The position numbers were made by a program, and so were the translations under genes. Shown here piece after piece: positions 22,662 through 31,862 of a stretch of 64,000 bases of DNA. The notes under the pieces are model-generated. The model searched no databases, was not told the origin of the DNA, and saw only the letters and a program-made list of their open reading frames with translations. The stretch is from the NCBI GenBank assembly GCA_963668675.2, contig CAXXMB010000002.1, forward strand, positions 2,400,001 through 2,464,000, read 5' to 3'. Position 1 is the stretch's first letter; every line of letters begins with the position of its first letter. This DNA is from an uncultured Desulfatitalea sp. (GTDB lineage: Bacteria > Desulfobacterota > Desulfobacteria > Desulfobacterales > Desulfosarcinaceae).

Positions 22662-22849
22662 GGTTGTCGGGACCCGATCTGTTTGGGTTTCGGTGGTTGT
22701 CTCAATTGCCGCCCGGCTGAGGAAATTCAGGTTGCCTGGCAAGACGGAATGGGGTACCAATGAGCGACAAGAAATCTATAACACATCCGGCAGCCGCTGT
22801 TAATGCGTTATCGTAATGGCCCAAAGTTGCCGGTTGGTCGAAAACAGCC

Positions 22850-23905
22850 ATGACGTTACGCGAGGAATTTGAAAAGCGGGAAGACAACTTCATGTCGCCC
22901 TATGGGTGCAGGAGCGGTAATTCGCTCGGACGCACGCGTCCGGAAGCGGCTTGCCCCATTCGCACCGCCTTTCAGCTCGATAAGGATCGCATCCTGTTCA
23001 GCAACGCCTTTCGCCGGCTCAAGTACAAAACCCAGGTGTTTCTCAATCCATCTGGAGACGAGTACCGCACCCGACTGACCCATACGCTGGAGGTGGCCCA
23101 GATTTCACGTACCATTGCCCGGGCCATGTTTCTCAATGAGGACCTGGCAGAAGCGATCGCCCTGGGGCACGACCTGGGGCACACCCCTTTCGGCCACGGT
23201 GGTGAGATGGTGCTCAAGGAGATCTTCTCTAAAGGATTCTCCCACCAGGCCCAAGGTATCCGGGTGATCGAAGTTTTGGAGAATTTCGGCCAGGGACTCA
23301 ATCTCACCTATGAGGTGCGGGACGGCATCCTGAGGCACTCCAAGGGATATGGCAAGATCATGCCGGACAATCCCCGTGAACTGCCCGCCACCTCCGAGGG
23401 TCGTGTGGTGCGGGTGGCCGACATCATGGCTTACCTGAACCACGATCTTGAAGACGCCATCCACAGCGGCGTGATCACCGAAAAGGATATCCCCGACGTT
23501 TGCAACCGGGTGCTGGGGACCTCCTCCGACGAGCGTATCACCACCATGATGACCGATTTGATCTCCACCAGCCGGCCGAACAACGGCCAGTTGCTTTTCG
23601 ACATGACAGACAAGGTTTACGGGGCCATGTCGGTGTTGCGCCAGTTCCTTTACGAAAGGGTCTACCGGTCGCCGCTGGTGCACAACGAGTTCATCAAGGC
23701 CAAGAAGATCATGTCCGAGCTGTTTGTCTATCTGCTGGAGAATGAGACCCTGCTGGACGAAGAGCTGGCCCGAATGCGCCTGCCGGCGCTGCACACCACC
23801 GGCAGCTCCAAGGAGCGCATGGTGTGCGACTTGCTGGCCTGCATGACTGATCGATACGCCCTCTCCCTCTATGCCAACACCTTTTTCCCCTCCCAGATGC
23901 GTTGA
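22850..23905 (+). CDS. dgt: Deoxyguanosinetriphosphate triphosphohydrolase-like HD protein
   Basis: RTAFQLDKDRI, FRRLKYKTQVF, RTRLTHTLEV, HDLGHTPFGHGGE, AD.MAY.NHD.ED. Confidence 0.93.
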   Translation: MTLREEFEKREDNFMSPYGCRSGNSLGRTRPEAACPIRTAFQLDKDRILFSNAFRRLKYKTQVFLNPSGDEYRTRLTHTLEVAQISRTIARAMFLNEDLAEAIALGHDLGHTPFGHGGEMVLKEIFSKGFSHQAQGIRVIEVLENFGQGLNLTYEVRDGILRHSKGYGKIMPDNPRELPATSEGRVVRVADIMAYLNHDLEDAIHSGVITEKDIPDVCNRVLGTSSDERITTMMTDLISTSRPNNGQLLFDMTDKVYGAMSVLRQFLYERVYRSPLVHNEFIKAKKIMSELFVYLLENETLLDEELARMRLPALHTTGSSKERMVCDLLACMTDRYALSLYANTFFPSQMR

Positions 23906-23929
23906 GCGGAATGACGCGATAGGATATCC

Positions 23930-24532
23930 ATGGACCACCATCGCCACCTTATGAAAGCGCTTGCAGATCTTTTCGATGATATGGACCGGGCCTACGACGA
24001 GGTGGCCCGGCAGTGCGGTTTCGAGTGCAACGGGTGTGAGGATAACTGTTGCCGGACGCGTTTTCACCATCACACCCTGGCCGAGTATCTCTTTCTGAAG
24101 GAGGGACTGGCGTGCCTTTCGGATAATGCACGGCAACGGGTCGCCAAGCGGGCTGTGGACGTCATGACGCGTATGCGCGCTGCCGAAGCGGCCGGTAGGC
24201 CGGTGAAGGAGATGTGCCCCTTGAACGAAGATGAGCGCTGCCTTCTTTATGCCAGCCGCCCCATGATATGCCGCCTGCACGGCATTGCCCACCAGTTGCG
24301 CCGACCCGACGGGCAAATTCAGTCTGGCCCCGGGTGCGGAGACTTCGACCGCCAGTGCGGCCCACAGCCCAAAGCGGTGCTCGATCGTACCCCGCTCTAC
24401 ACCGCTATGGCCCAGATAGAGAGACAGTTGCGATCGTTGTGGGATTACCATACGAAAATCAAAATGACCATTGCCGAAATGGTGGTCGCCATCCTCGATG
24501 AACCCGGCGACGGGCCTCTGTCAGGAACTTGA
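23930..24532 (+). CDS. YkgJ-family cysteine-cluster protein
   Basis: C.GC..NCC...CPLN..E.C.LY..RP.ICR. Confidence 0.85.
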   Translation: MDHHRHLMKALADLFDDMDRAYDEVARQCGFECNGCEDNCCRTRFHHHTLAEYLFLKEGLACLSDNARQRVAKRAVDVMTRMRAAEAAGRPVKEMCPLNEDERCLLYASRPMICRLHGIAHQLRRPDGQIQSGPGCGDFDRQCGPQPKAVLDRTPLYTAMAQIERQLRSLWDYHTKIKMTIAEMVVAILDEPGDGPLSGT

Positions 24533-24533
24533 G

Positions 24534-25316
24534 ATGAAATATATCGACCCCGGCCAAATCGATCAACTGCCCGGCAAACAGATCAAGCCCGGCGAACGGT
24601 TCGCTTTCCGCTGCCACTCTCAACTGGCCTGCTTCAACCAGTGCTGCCGCAACCTGAATCTGTTTCTCTACCCTTACGATGTTCTTTGCCTGAAAGATCA
24701 CCTCAAGCTATCTTCGGACCAGTTTATTGATGAATACGTGGATGTGGTCCTGCGCGAAGGCCACCACTTCCCCGAAGTGCTCCTGCGGATGTCGGAGAGC
24801 GAAGGTCACCCCTGCCCCTTTCTTTCCGAACAGGGCTGCCGCGTCTACAAGGCCCGCCCGCACACCTGTCGTCTTTTTCCCATGGAGCAGGGCGTCTATT
24901 TCAATGCGGAAAAAGGAGATGCGAAACCGCTCTACTTCTTTCGTCCGCCCGAGTTCTGCCGTGGGCCGGAAGAGCCCTACACCATGAGCGTCGATGAATA
25001 TCTTCGGGATCAGAATGCCTTGGCGCATTTCAAAATGAATCTGAAATGGGCCAAGGTGAGGCAGTTATTCGGCAACGATCCATGGGGACTCGAAGGCCCG
25101 CAAGGAGCAAAAGCAAAAATGGCCTTCATGGCCGCTTACAATATCGACCGCTTTCGGGAATTTATTTTCAACAGCAGCTTTTTTAAACGCTACCATGTGA
25201 AGTCAACCCTGGTGAAGCAGATGCGCCGTTCGGATAAGGCCCTGCTGGAATTTGGTTTTGAATGGATTCGCGTTTTTGTGTGGGGGCAGCCATCCAAGCA
25301 GATGCGCGTGAAATAG
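24534..25316 (+). CDS. YkgJ-family cysteine-cluster protein
   Basis: F.C.....CFNQCC...L.PYD...CPFL...GC.VY.ARP.TCR.FP. Confidence 0.88.
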   Translation: MKYIDPGQIDQLPGKQIKPGERFAFRCHSQLACFNQCCRNLNLFLYPYDVLCLKDHLKLSSDQFIDEYVDVVLREGHHFPEVLLRMSESEGHPCPFLSEQGCRVYKARPHTCRLFPMEQGVYFNAEKGDAKPLYFFRPPEFCRGPEEPYTMSVDEYLRDQNALAHFKMNLKWAKVRQLFGNDPWGLEGPQGAKAKMAFMAAYNIDRFREFIFNSSFFKRYHVKSTLVKQMRRSDKALLEFGFEWIRVFVWGQPSKQMRVK

Positions 25317-25360
25317 GAGGCATCTCTTCTTTTGCCCCCCTGAACCAAAACCAAAGCTTT

Positions 25361-26176
25361 TTAAACCACCCCTGGCGGCATTGGTGCGATCTTCTCCCCC
25401 CCTAATACAAAGCCGCCATCCAAACGCAGAACACTCCCGGTCATGAAGGGCGCATCCTCGATGATGAACCGAACGGCCTTCACCGCATCGTCCAGGTGTC
25501 CGGTTCGTCCCAGGAGCGTGTGATCGATGATCGCGTTCTGCTGGACTTCATCGAGCAGGCCCCATCCCCTGGTTCCTTCGGCATGCCGGGTCTCGAAGAT
25601 GCCAAGCATGATTTCGTTGACGCGCACCGCCGGCGCCCCCAAACGTGCCCACGTTTCGGTGAGCAGGGAGATCCCCCGGTTGGCGGCGGCGTAGCCCTCA
25701 TTAAACAGATAGCTGGCCGGCCCGCTGCGGCCCACCATCGCTGCGATGGAAGACAAGTTGATCGCAACCCCTTCGCCCGACTGCTTGAGATAGGGCAGTG
25801 CGGCCGTAAAGACCCACTGTTTGGCCCTGAGCGTGGTGGCCAGCTCCATGTCCCACTGTTCAGGCACATATTCTCCATGAACCACCGGCATTCCGCCGCG
25901 TTCGATGTTGTTGACCAATATATCCAGACGGCCGAAGCGTGCAATCACCTTTTGAACGAGGTCGTCCGCCGCTGCGGTTTCTATCAGGTTGACCGGGATG
26001 ATCATATACTCCTGGCCGGCATCCGCCGCATCGCGCTTAAGGTCGGGCAGGCTCTCCAGCCAATCATAGTAGGTGTAGACCACCCGTGCGCCGGCTCGGG
26101 CCAGATCGAGGCCGATGGCCTTGCCGATGCCTTTGACGCTGCCCAATACCAGTGCCACTTTATCGGTTATCTCCAT
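25361..26176 (-). CDS. SDR-family oxidoreductase
   Basis: ALVLGSVKGIG, GRLDILVNN, NLSS, FMTG..L..DGG. The YxxxK catalytic motif is altered to YAAAN. Confidence 0.88.
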   Translation of the reverse strand: MEITDKVALVLGSVKGIGKAIGLDLARAGARVVYTYYDWLESLPDLKRDAADAGQEYMIIPVNLIETAAADDLVQKVIARFGRLDILVNNIERGGMPVVHGEYVPEQWDMELATTLRAKQWVFTAALPYLKQSGEGVAINLSSIAAMVGRSGPASYLFNEGYAAANRGISLLTETWARLGAPAVRVNEIMLGIFETRHAEGTRGWGLLDEVQQNAIIDHTLLGRTGHLDDAVKAVRFIIEDAPFMTGSVLRLDGGFVLGGEKIAPMPPGVV

Positions 26177-26346
26177 CTCTTTTCTTCTCCCTTGGTGGGT
26201 TGTTGTTCGAATGATATAGCACACCTTTAAAAGCGGATGAACCGGCATTTCCATTTCAACCGAAAGTGATGGCACGGCATGAACCTCTCCAGGCAACGGG
26301 GAGGTCATTGATATAGCCAAAATATACTTCAGGTGCTCTTTTAAGC

Positions 26347-26829
26347 TTAATCGGGAACTCCGTTAGAATCGGAGACAGGCCTGATGCACAGAGTATAGAC
26401 ATCGTGGGCAGGGATGAACTTCCGAGTATTGCCCTTTCGCCCCAACAACCGAACCACGGACACCAGCACCGGATTTGGCCGGGCAGGGCTGCGCGTGGCA
26501 AAAATGCCCTGCAGGGCAATGTCCTTGCGTCCCATGGGATGCACCTTGCGCAATTGACGCCACTTTGGATCGACCAGATGCGGCCAATACAACACCATAA
26601 TATGGGAAAATGCTTCGATGCCATCCAGGAGCTCCGCCCATTCATCTTGAATGACCAATCGGCCCAGGCTGTTTTCCACCTGCAGATAATAGTGTTTGAT
26701 GCGTTCCATTCGCACGGATGGGTCAAGGTCCAATTCCCCGGCTTGCAGCATTGGCTCCTTGATATCATTGAGGACCCTGCCGATGGGTGTGAACATTATT
26801 TCTGTATTTAAATTTGAGTTGTTCGCCAT
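26347..26829 (-). pseudogene. Truncated TrmO/TsaA (YaeB) SAM-dependent methyltransferase
   Basis: PIG.V, L.GIE.FSHI.VLYW.H and GIFATRSP.RPNP are present. The expected C-terminal GLD..DG.PV.DIKPY motif is absent in all three frames after RKGN. Confidence 0.7.
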
Positions 26830-27289
26830 TGAATCACCTCTAAGCCGCATTTGATTTTTTCGGGTAAAGCCCATATATGGCCGGTCATTTCAGAAACAGT
26901 ACCCTCGTTCGATGGGCCCATACCACCTCTTCTGTCCTTATATCTGCTGGCCTACCAGAAAGGCATAGTTTTCGTCCACTTTTAAATAATTTCAACAATT
27001 CAGCCGGGTCCAGAACAGCTTGCAGGCCATGGCGCACAAGCCCGATAGGCAAAGAGAGTCAACGCCCAGCTTTGTGCGCCGACTGCAGCACGGGGGCGCA
27101 GAGACCATCGTCGGTTTTGTATTGCAAAGAGGTGGTCGGCGGTGCCGGTGGTCGATCATGCGCCCGGCCGCGAGGCCGTCCATGAACACCGAGAGTACCG
27201 CGACCACCGCAGTGGCGGAAACGGATGAAGAGCTGATCACCTGGGGCGGTCACTGCACGCTGTGAACATTCTTTCGCGTGGGCTTGGCG

Positions 27290-27772
27290 TCAGGCGGAAC
27301 GCAGATGCCGACGTCTCCCCCGCCAGCCGTATAGCAGGCCGAAGAGACCGAAGATGACGGCCAGACCGGTAATGATGCCTTGAACCCGGCTGCCGCCAGG
27401 GCGTTTTACGACCGGGACTTGGTTCGTTACCGGCTCATGTGTGGGGGATTCGGCCGTTGCAGCCACCTCTGTTTCCACCTCCAGCCGATGACCCATGCCG
27501 TCCGACACCACGGCCTGCCAGCGGCCGGGTTGGTCGGGCAGGAACATCATGATGCCGTTGCGGTCGGTGCGGCCGGTCTGGAAGGCGATTTTTGAATCGG
27601 GGGCCTTGATCTCCACCGCTGCGTAGCTCATGGGTTCTCCGTCATCGTACACGGCGGTGACCTGATAGCCCTGTTCCGGATCGATCGATCCGGCCACGCC
27701 GTGGCATTGGCCCGTCTGCGCCCAGCCGGCCACGATCGTCAGGGTGATGATCCATTTGAACAGGTGTCGCAT
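27290..27772 (-). CDS. Exported, C-terminally anchored Ni/Co uptake accessory protein (CbiL/NikL-like)
   Basis: Signal peptide with His at the mature N-terminus, YDDGEPM, G.TD.NG, DGMGH, and a C-terminal TM helix. Confidence 0.65.
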   Translation of the reverse strand: MRHLFKWIITLTIVAGWAQTGQCHGVAGSIDPEQGYQVTAVYDDGEPMSYAAVEIKAPDSKIAFQTGRTDRNGIMMFLPDQPGRWQAVVSDGMGHRLEVETEVAATAESPTHEPVTNQVPVVKRPGGSRVQGIITGLAVIFGLFGLLYGWRGRRRHLRSA

Positions 27773-27783
27773 AATATTGACTC

Positions 27784-29169
27784 CTAAGGGGTATTGGTCT
27801 CCTCATGCATCTTCTGGCGAGCAAAGAAAAGATAAACCAGCCCGCCTGCCGCTATGGTGATCACTCCGCACAGGGCAGCCACCGGCCGGCTCTTGAGAGA
27901 GAAGAGGATGATCCAACCGTTGCCCAGTATGTAGATCAGTGCGGGTAAGGGATAAGCGAACGTTTTATACGGAATCGTGGCCCGGTCCGCTTTTCGGCGG
28001 ATGCGCATCAGGCCGGTCACCGTCAACATGGCGCACAGGGAGAGGGTAAAGCCGATGTAGATCAGCAGGGTTTCAAACGAAGCGGAAAGCACCATGACGA
28101 TAGCCAGCACGGCCTGCAGAAAGATGGCGGCGGCCGGGGTTTTGCGCTCCGGGTTCAAGCGGCCGAGGAGGGTAAAGAAGACCCCATCCCGGGACATGGC
28201 GTAGTAGATGCGCGGGCCGGTCATGATCATGGCGCTGAGCACCGAGAGGATGCCCAGGGCCACGGCGCCGCTGAAGAGCCGGCTGATGCCGGTTCCGAAC
28301 AGGGCCACTGCCGATCGGGCGCCGACCTCGAGCACGCCCTGCATCTGCCCGGCCGGCAGGGCATAGATGTAAACGGCATTGAGCAGCAGGTAAATGACGA
28401 TGACGACGGCGGTTCCCAGGGCCAGGGCCATAGGAATGTTGCGCTGGGGGCGTACGATCTCACCGCCAAGATACGCGGCTGCATTCCAGCCGCTGTAGGC
28501 GAAAGAGACGAAGATCAGCGAGACGGCGAACTTTTCCGCAGATACGGTCGTGCCGGCGGATGCGAAGTTGGCCCCCGAACCCTTGCCGAACAGAACACCG
28601 GCCAGGATGAAGACGACGATCAGAACGACTTTGAAGATGGTCAGTCCGTTCTGGACATTGCTGCCCACGTGCAGGCTGTGGTAGTGGAGCAGGGAAAAGA
28701 CGACCACCGCGGCGATGGCGACGGCATTCAAGCTGGAGAACGTGGCCAGATGCCATTGGCCGATGGAGATCAACACAGGGTCTCCGGCAGGGATGGACAG
28801 CGCCTGGAAGCTGTAGGTGGCGAAGGCGATGGCCGCGGCTGCGATGGGCGCCGAAAATCCCACGACCAGGGAGATCCAGCCGGAGAGAAAGCCCACCGGC
28901 CGGCCGAAGCTCTCCTTTAAAAAGACGTACTCACCGCCTGCCCTGGGGAATCGGGCCCCCAGCTCGCCGTAACACAGTGCACCGCATAGGGCGAAAACAC
29001 CGCCGAACAGCCAACACAGCATCAGGGCGCGGGGGGAGCCCACTTCCGTCAGGATGAAGCCGGAGGTGGTGAAGATGCCGGTGCCCACCATGTTGGCGAT
29101 CACCAGGATCGTGGCCGTAAAAAGCCCGATCTCGCGGCGCAGGCTGTTGCCATTGGGGCTGCCGGTCAT
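27784..29169 (-). CDS. APC-family amino acid permease
   Basis: ANMVGTGIFTT, ELGARFPRAGGEYVF, FAYSGWN, PRIYYAMSRDG; about 12 TM segments. Confidence 0.93.
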   Translation of the reverse strand: MTGSPNGNSLRREIGLFTATILVIANMVGTGIFTTSGFILTEVGSPRALMLCWLFGGVFALCGALCYGELGARFPRAGGEYVFLKESFGRPVGFLSGWISLVVGFSAPIAAAAIAFATYSFQALSIPAGDPVLISIGQWHLATFSSLNAVAIAAVVVFSLLHYHSLHVGSNVQNGLTIFKVVLIVVFILAGVLFGKGSGANFASAGTTVSAEKFAVSLIFVSFAYSGWNAAAYLGGEIVRPQRNIPMALALGTAVVIVIYLLLNAVYIYALPAGQMQGVLEVGARSAVALFGTGISRLFSGAVALGILSVLSAMIMTGPRIYYAMSRDGVFFTLLGRLNPERKTPAAAIFLQAVLAIVMVLSASFETLLIYIGFTLSLCAMLTVTGLMRIRRKADRATIPYKTFAYPLPALIYILGNGWIILFSLKSRPVAALCGVITIAAGGLVYLFFARQKMHEETNTP

Positions 29170-29984
29170 GGACGAACCTCGAAGGCGAAGGTCACGTTGT
29201 GCATATACTGATCGCATGTTTCGGGGTCGGGGTAGGCCGGCCGGTGGGAGAGCACCACCATCCAGTACCCGGCCCGATCCAGCGGAATGTCGGCGTTGCC
29301 CTCGGCATCGGTGACGGTTTCCACCGGATAGCCGCCGGACCCATGGTGCCCCTTGCTTTTAGCCCCTGACGCGGCACTTTTTTCCTTCTCAAAACCGGCA
29401 TAGACGGCTTTCACATCCGCACCGGCCAGGGGGCTGCCCTCATGGAGCACGCGGACCGAGAACCGATCACCGACCTTCAACTGTCCGGGATCGGAGACCG
29501 GGATCAACTCCAGGGGCTGCCCGGAGCGGGCTTCGACGTGTTGGGCGCTGCCGCCGGCCAGCAGAACGGTCTTGGCTTCGATGTGGAAGTTGGTGCACTT
29601 GACCGCGTCGGGCACCTGCTTCCTGTTGCCCCACTTGCGGCCCTCGGGGGTGGTGGTGAAGAACCCGGGTTTGATTCGGGCCGTCACGACATAGGCTCCC
29701 GGCTTGTCGATGGGCAGGCGGTAACGTCCCAGGGCCACCGATTCGAGATCGATGGTGTGGCCGTCGGGGGTCAGCGCCTGGATGGTGGCCACCCGGCCCT
29801 CTTTGATCGCTTCGTCCGTGCGGTCAGCCTTATATTGATGGCCCCAGCCGATGCCGATCTCCACCGTGGAGCCCACCTCCGGGTAGTAATTCGAAGGGTT
29901 GAGCCACAGCATGTGCGCCCCGGCCGGCATGGCGATCAACGCCTGGAATATGATCAAAAAGAAGCAAAAGACGATCTTTTTCAT
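29166..29984 (-). CDS. DUF4198 (NikM-like) periplasmic protein
   Basis: Signal peptide, mature N-terminus HMLWL, GWGH, PLELIP..DP, TDAEG.A...GYW. Confidence 0.85.
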   Translation of the reverse strand: MKKIVFCFFLIIFQALIAMPAGAHMLWLNPSNYYPEVGSTVEIGIGWGHQYKADRTDEAIKEGRVATIQALTPDGHTIDLESVALGRYRLPIDKPGAYVVTARIKPGFFTTTPEGRKWGNRKQVPDAVKCTNFHIEAKTVLLAGGSAQHVEARSGQPLELIPVSDPGQLKVGDRFSVRVLHEGSPLAGADVKAVYAGFEKEKSAASGAKSKGHHGSGGYPVETVTDAEGNADIPLDRAGYWMVVLSHRPAYPDPETCDQYMHNVTFAFEVRP

Positions 29985-30058
29985 GTTTATCTCCTCACTT
30001 TCCGATTTAAATGCCTGTATGCGTTTCCACTCAATGTTATTCACTCAGAGGCGGGCGC

Positions 30059-30083
30059 GGGCGAGGATAAACCCAGCCCCTAC
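30059..30083 (-). repeat. REP-like palindrome with GTAG end
   Basis: Minus strand GTAG-GGGCTGGG-TTTA-TCCTCGCCC, intergenic. Confidence 0.55.
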
Positions 30084-30163
30084 AACGCCGGTTATGGATC
30101 AGGGGCCGTACTCTATTTTCGTATATCATTTTACCCATTCGTCTCCCTGGCAGGAGCGCCCAT

Positions 30164-31843
30164 TTAGTTCGCCACCCGTCCGCCATCGGCCAGGAAGTCG
30201 CCCACGTAGAGCAGATACTCGAACGGCATTTTATCCGGGCCGACCTGCGCCCAGATGGTGCCCAGGGTGCCCCGGGTCACGTGCTCCTCCCGGGCGTATC
30301 CGGCTTTGGACACGATCGCCACCGGGGTTTCGGCGGCGTAGTGTTTGGAGAGGCTGTCGATAAAATGCTTGAATTCGTTGCGCATGGTAAAGAGCACCAT
30401 GGTGCTGCCGTGCACGGCCATTTCATCCACGGTCCAGCCCGAAGCGAGCAGCACCGAGTGGCTGTTTTTGCCCTGGGTCACACCGGCCTGCAGGGCGGCG
30501 TTTGCGGCGTTGAAGCAGCTTAAACCAGGCACCACCTCGGTGGGCAGGTCGCGCAGGGCGGTCAGCGACCAGGAGCAGGGGCCGTAAATCAGCGGGTCAC
30601 CGGTGTCCAGCATGGCCACGGTTTGCCCCTTGGCCACGGCTTCGCGCACCCGCCGTTCGAAATCGGCCTGTTTCTCGTGGTACGCTTCGCAGCTCATGCG
30701 CTCTCTGGCCCGTTCAGCCGGCGTGACTTCCGAACACGTCTTGCCGTAAAAGGGAAAGAGCCGGCCGTAGCCGTCCAGCACGTTCTTGCCCTTCAGCAGG
30801 GAAGCATAGCGTTTCTGGTATTTGCCGCTGGCGAAGATCAGGTCGGCCTCTTCGATCACCCGCATGGCGCGCAGGCTGGCCAGGTCGGCATCGCCGGGCC
30901 CCATGCCCACCAGGTAGAATTTCCCCGGTCCGGTCGGGGCCTGTTCACCGTCGGGCCTGTACTGTGAACGGGCCAGGGCTTTGCCCACATAGACGATCGA
31001 AAGCCGGGTGTCCTGGTCCGCAATCCTGGCGCCGATGTCGGCCACCGTGCCCAATACGGCCCTCTCGCGGTTCGCACAGCCGGCGCGGATGACCACGGCG
31101 ACGGGGGTGTCGGCCGGGTAGGCCGCCGCCAATCGCCTGATCAGGTCGGGCATGTTCCGCGGCATGAAGATCACCATGGTGGCCCGTTCGTGCCCGGCAA
31201 GCTGCTCGATGGTGTCCGTGCGGCCCGGACGCTGGAAGGGGGCCGTGATGATCACCTCCCCCATGCCGCCCTTCAGAACGGCGTTGGCCGCGTTGAGGGC
31301 GCTGATGCCGGGGATGATGGTGGGCTTGAACTCGCCGAGCGCCTTGATGGTCCACAGGTCGGGCCCGTAGATGGTGGGGTCGCCGCCGCTGAGCATCACC
31401 ACATGCCGCCCGGATGACACCGCCGTGCGCACCATGGCGATGAATTCCGCCTGTTTGCGGTGAAACGCTTCGCAGGTCTTGCCGTGCCAGGTGCGCTCCT
31501 TTTCCGGAACCTGGCTGCAGTCACGGCCGTAGAAGCGGAACAGGACCCCGTAGCCGTCCTCCACCTGCTTGGCGCTGAAATCGACGACCGGTGCGAGTTT
31601 CTCCCGGGTTTGGGCGCTGCAGAAGACCATGTCCGCCTTTTGGATCGCTTCTATGGCGCGCACGGTGAGCAGGTCGGCGTCCCCCGGACCGATGCCGACC
31701 AGGGTGTAGCTGCCGGTTGCGGTCGGATTGGCCTGGGACTGCCGAGTGTCGGATTGGCCCGCGCAGCCAGCCGTGATGGCCCACAAGCCTACCAGCAGTA
31801 GAATAAATAGATGGGGTATATAAATTGTTTTTCTAGAGTACAT
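30164..31843 (-). CDS. Tandem-domain tetrapyrrole (precorrin-type) methylase-like protein with lipoprotein-like signal peptide
   Basis: Two copies of LVG.GPGDADL...RA...I..AD / GDP.IYGP / PG.S..NAANA. N-terminal hydrophobic stretch ends in ITAGC. Confidence 0.85.
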   Translation of the reverse strand: MYSRKTIYIPHLFILLLVGLWAITAGCAGQSDTRQSQANPTATGSYTLVGIGPGDADLLTVRAIEAIQKADMVFCSAQTREKLAPVVDFSAKQVEDGYGVLFRFYGRDCSQVPEKERTWHGKTCEAFHRKQAEFIAMVRTAVSSGRHVVMLSGGDPTIYGPDLWTIKALGEFKPTIIPGISALNAANAVLKGGMGEVIITAPFQRPGRTDTIEQLAGHERATMVIFMPRNMPDLIRRLAAAYPADTPVAVVIRAGCANRERAVLGTVADIGARIADQDTRLSIVYVGKALARSQYRPDGEQAPTGPGKFYLVGMGPGDADLASLRAMRVIEEADLIFASGKYQKRYASLLKGKNVLDGYGRLFPFYGKTCSEVTPAERARERMSCEAYHEKQADFERRVREAVAKGQTVAMLDTGDPLIYGPCSWSLTALRDLPTEVVPGLSCFNAANAALQAGVTQGKNSHSVLLASGWTVDEMAVHGSTMVLFTMRNEFKHFIDSLSKHYAAETPVAIVSKAGYAREEHVTRGTLGTIWAQVGPDKMPFEYLLYVGDFLADGGRVAN

Positions 31844-31862
31844 AGTGATCTTCTCCTTCTTT

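Noticed and set aside
23105..24451. Long antisense ORFs (448 aa here; also 55913-57130, 8564-9721, 62088-63224, 52272-53369)
   Set aside because: They are shadows of well-supported genes on the opposite strand, caused by GC-rich codon bias, and have no recognisable motifs.
26992..27265. Small ORFs between the CbiL-like gene and trmO
   Set aside because: No clear RBS or family motifs, and the overlapping candidates conflict.
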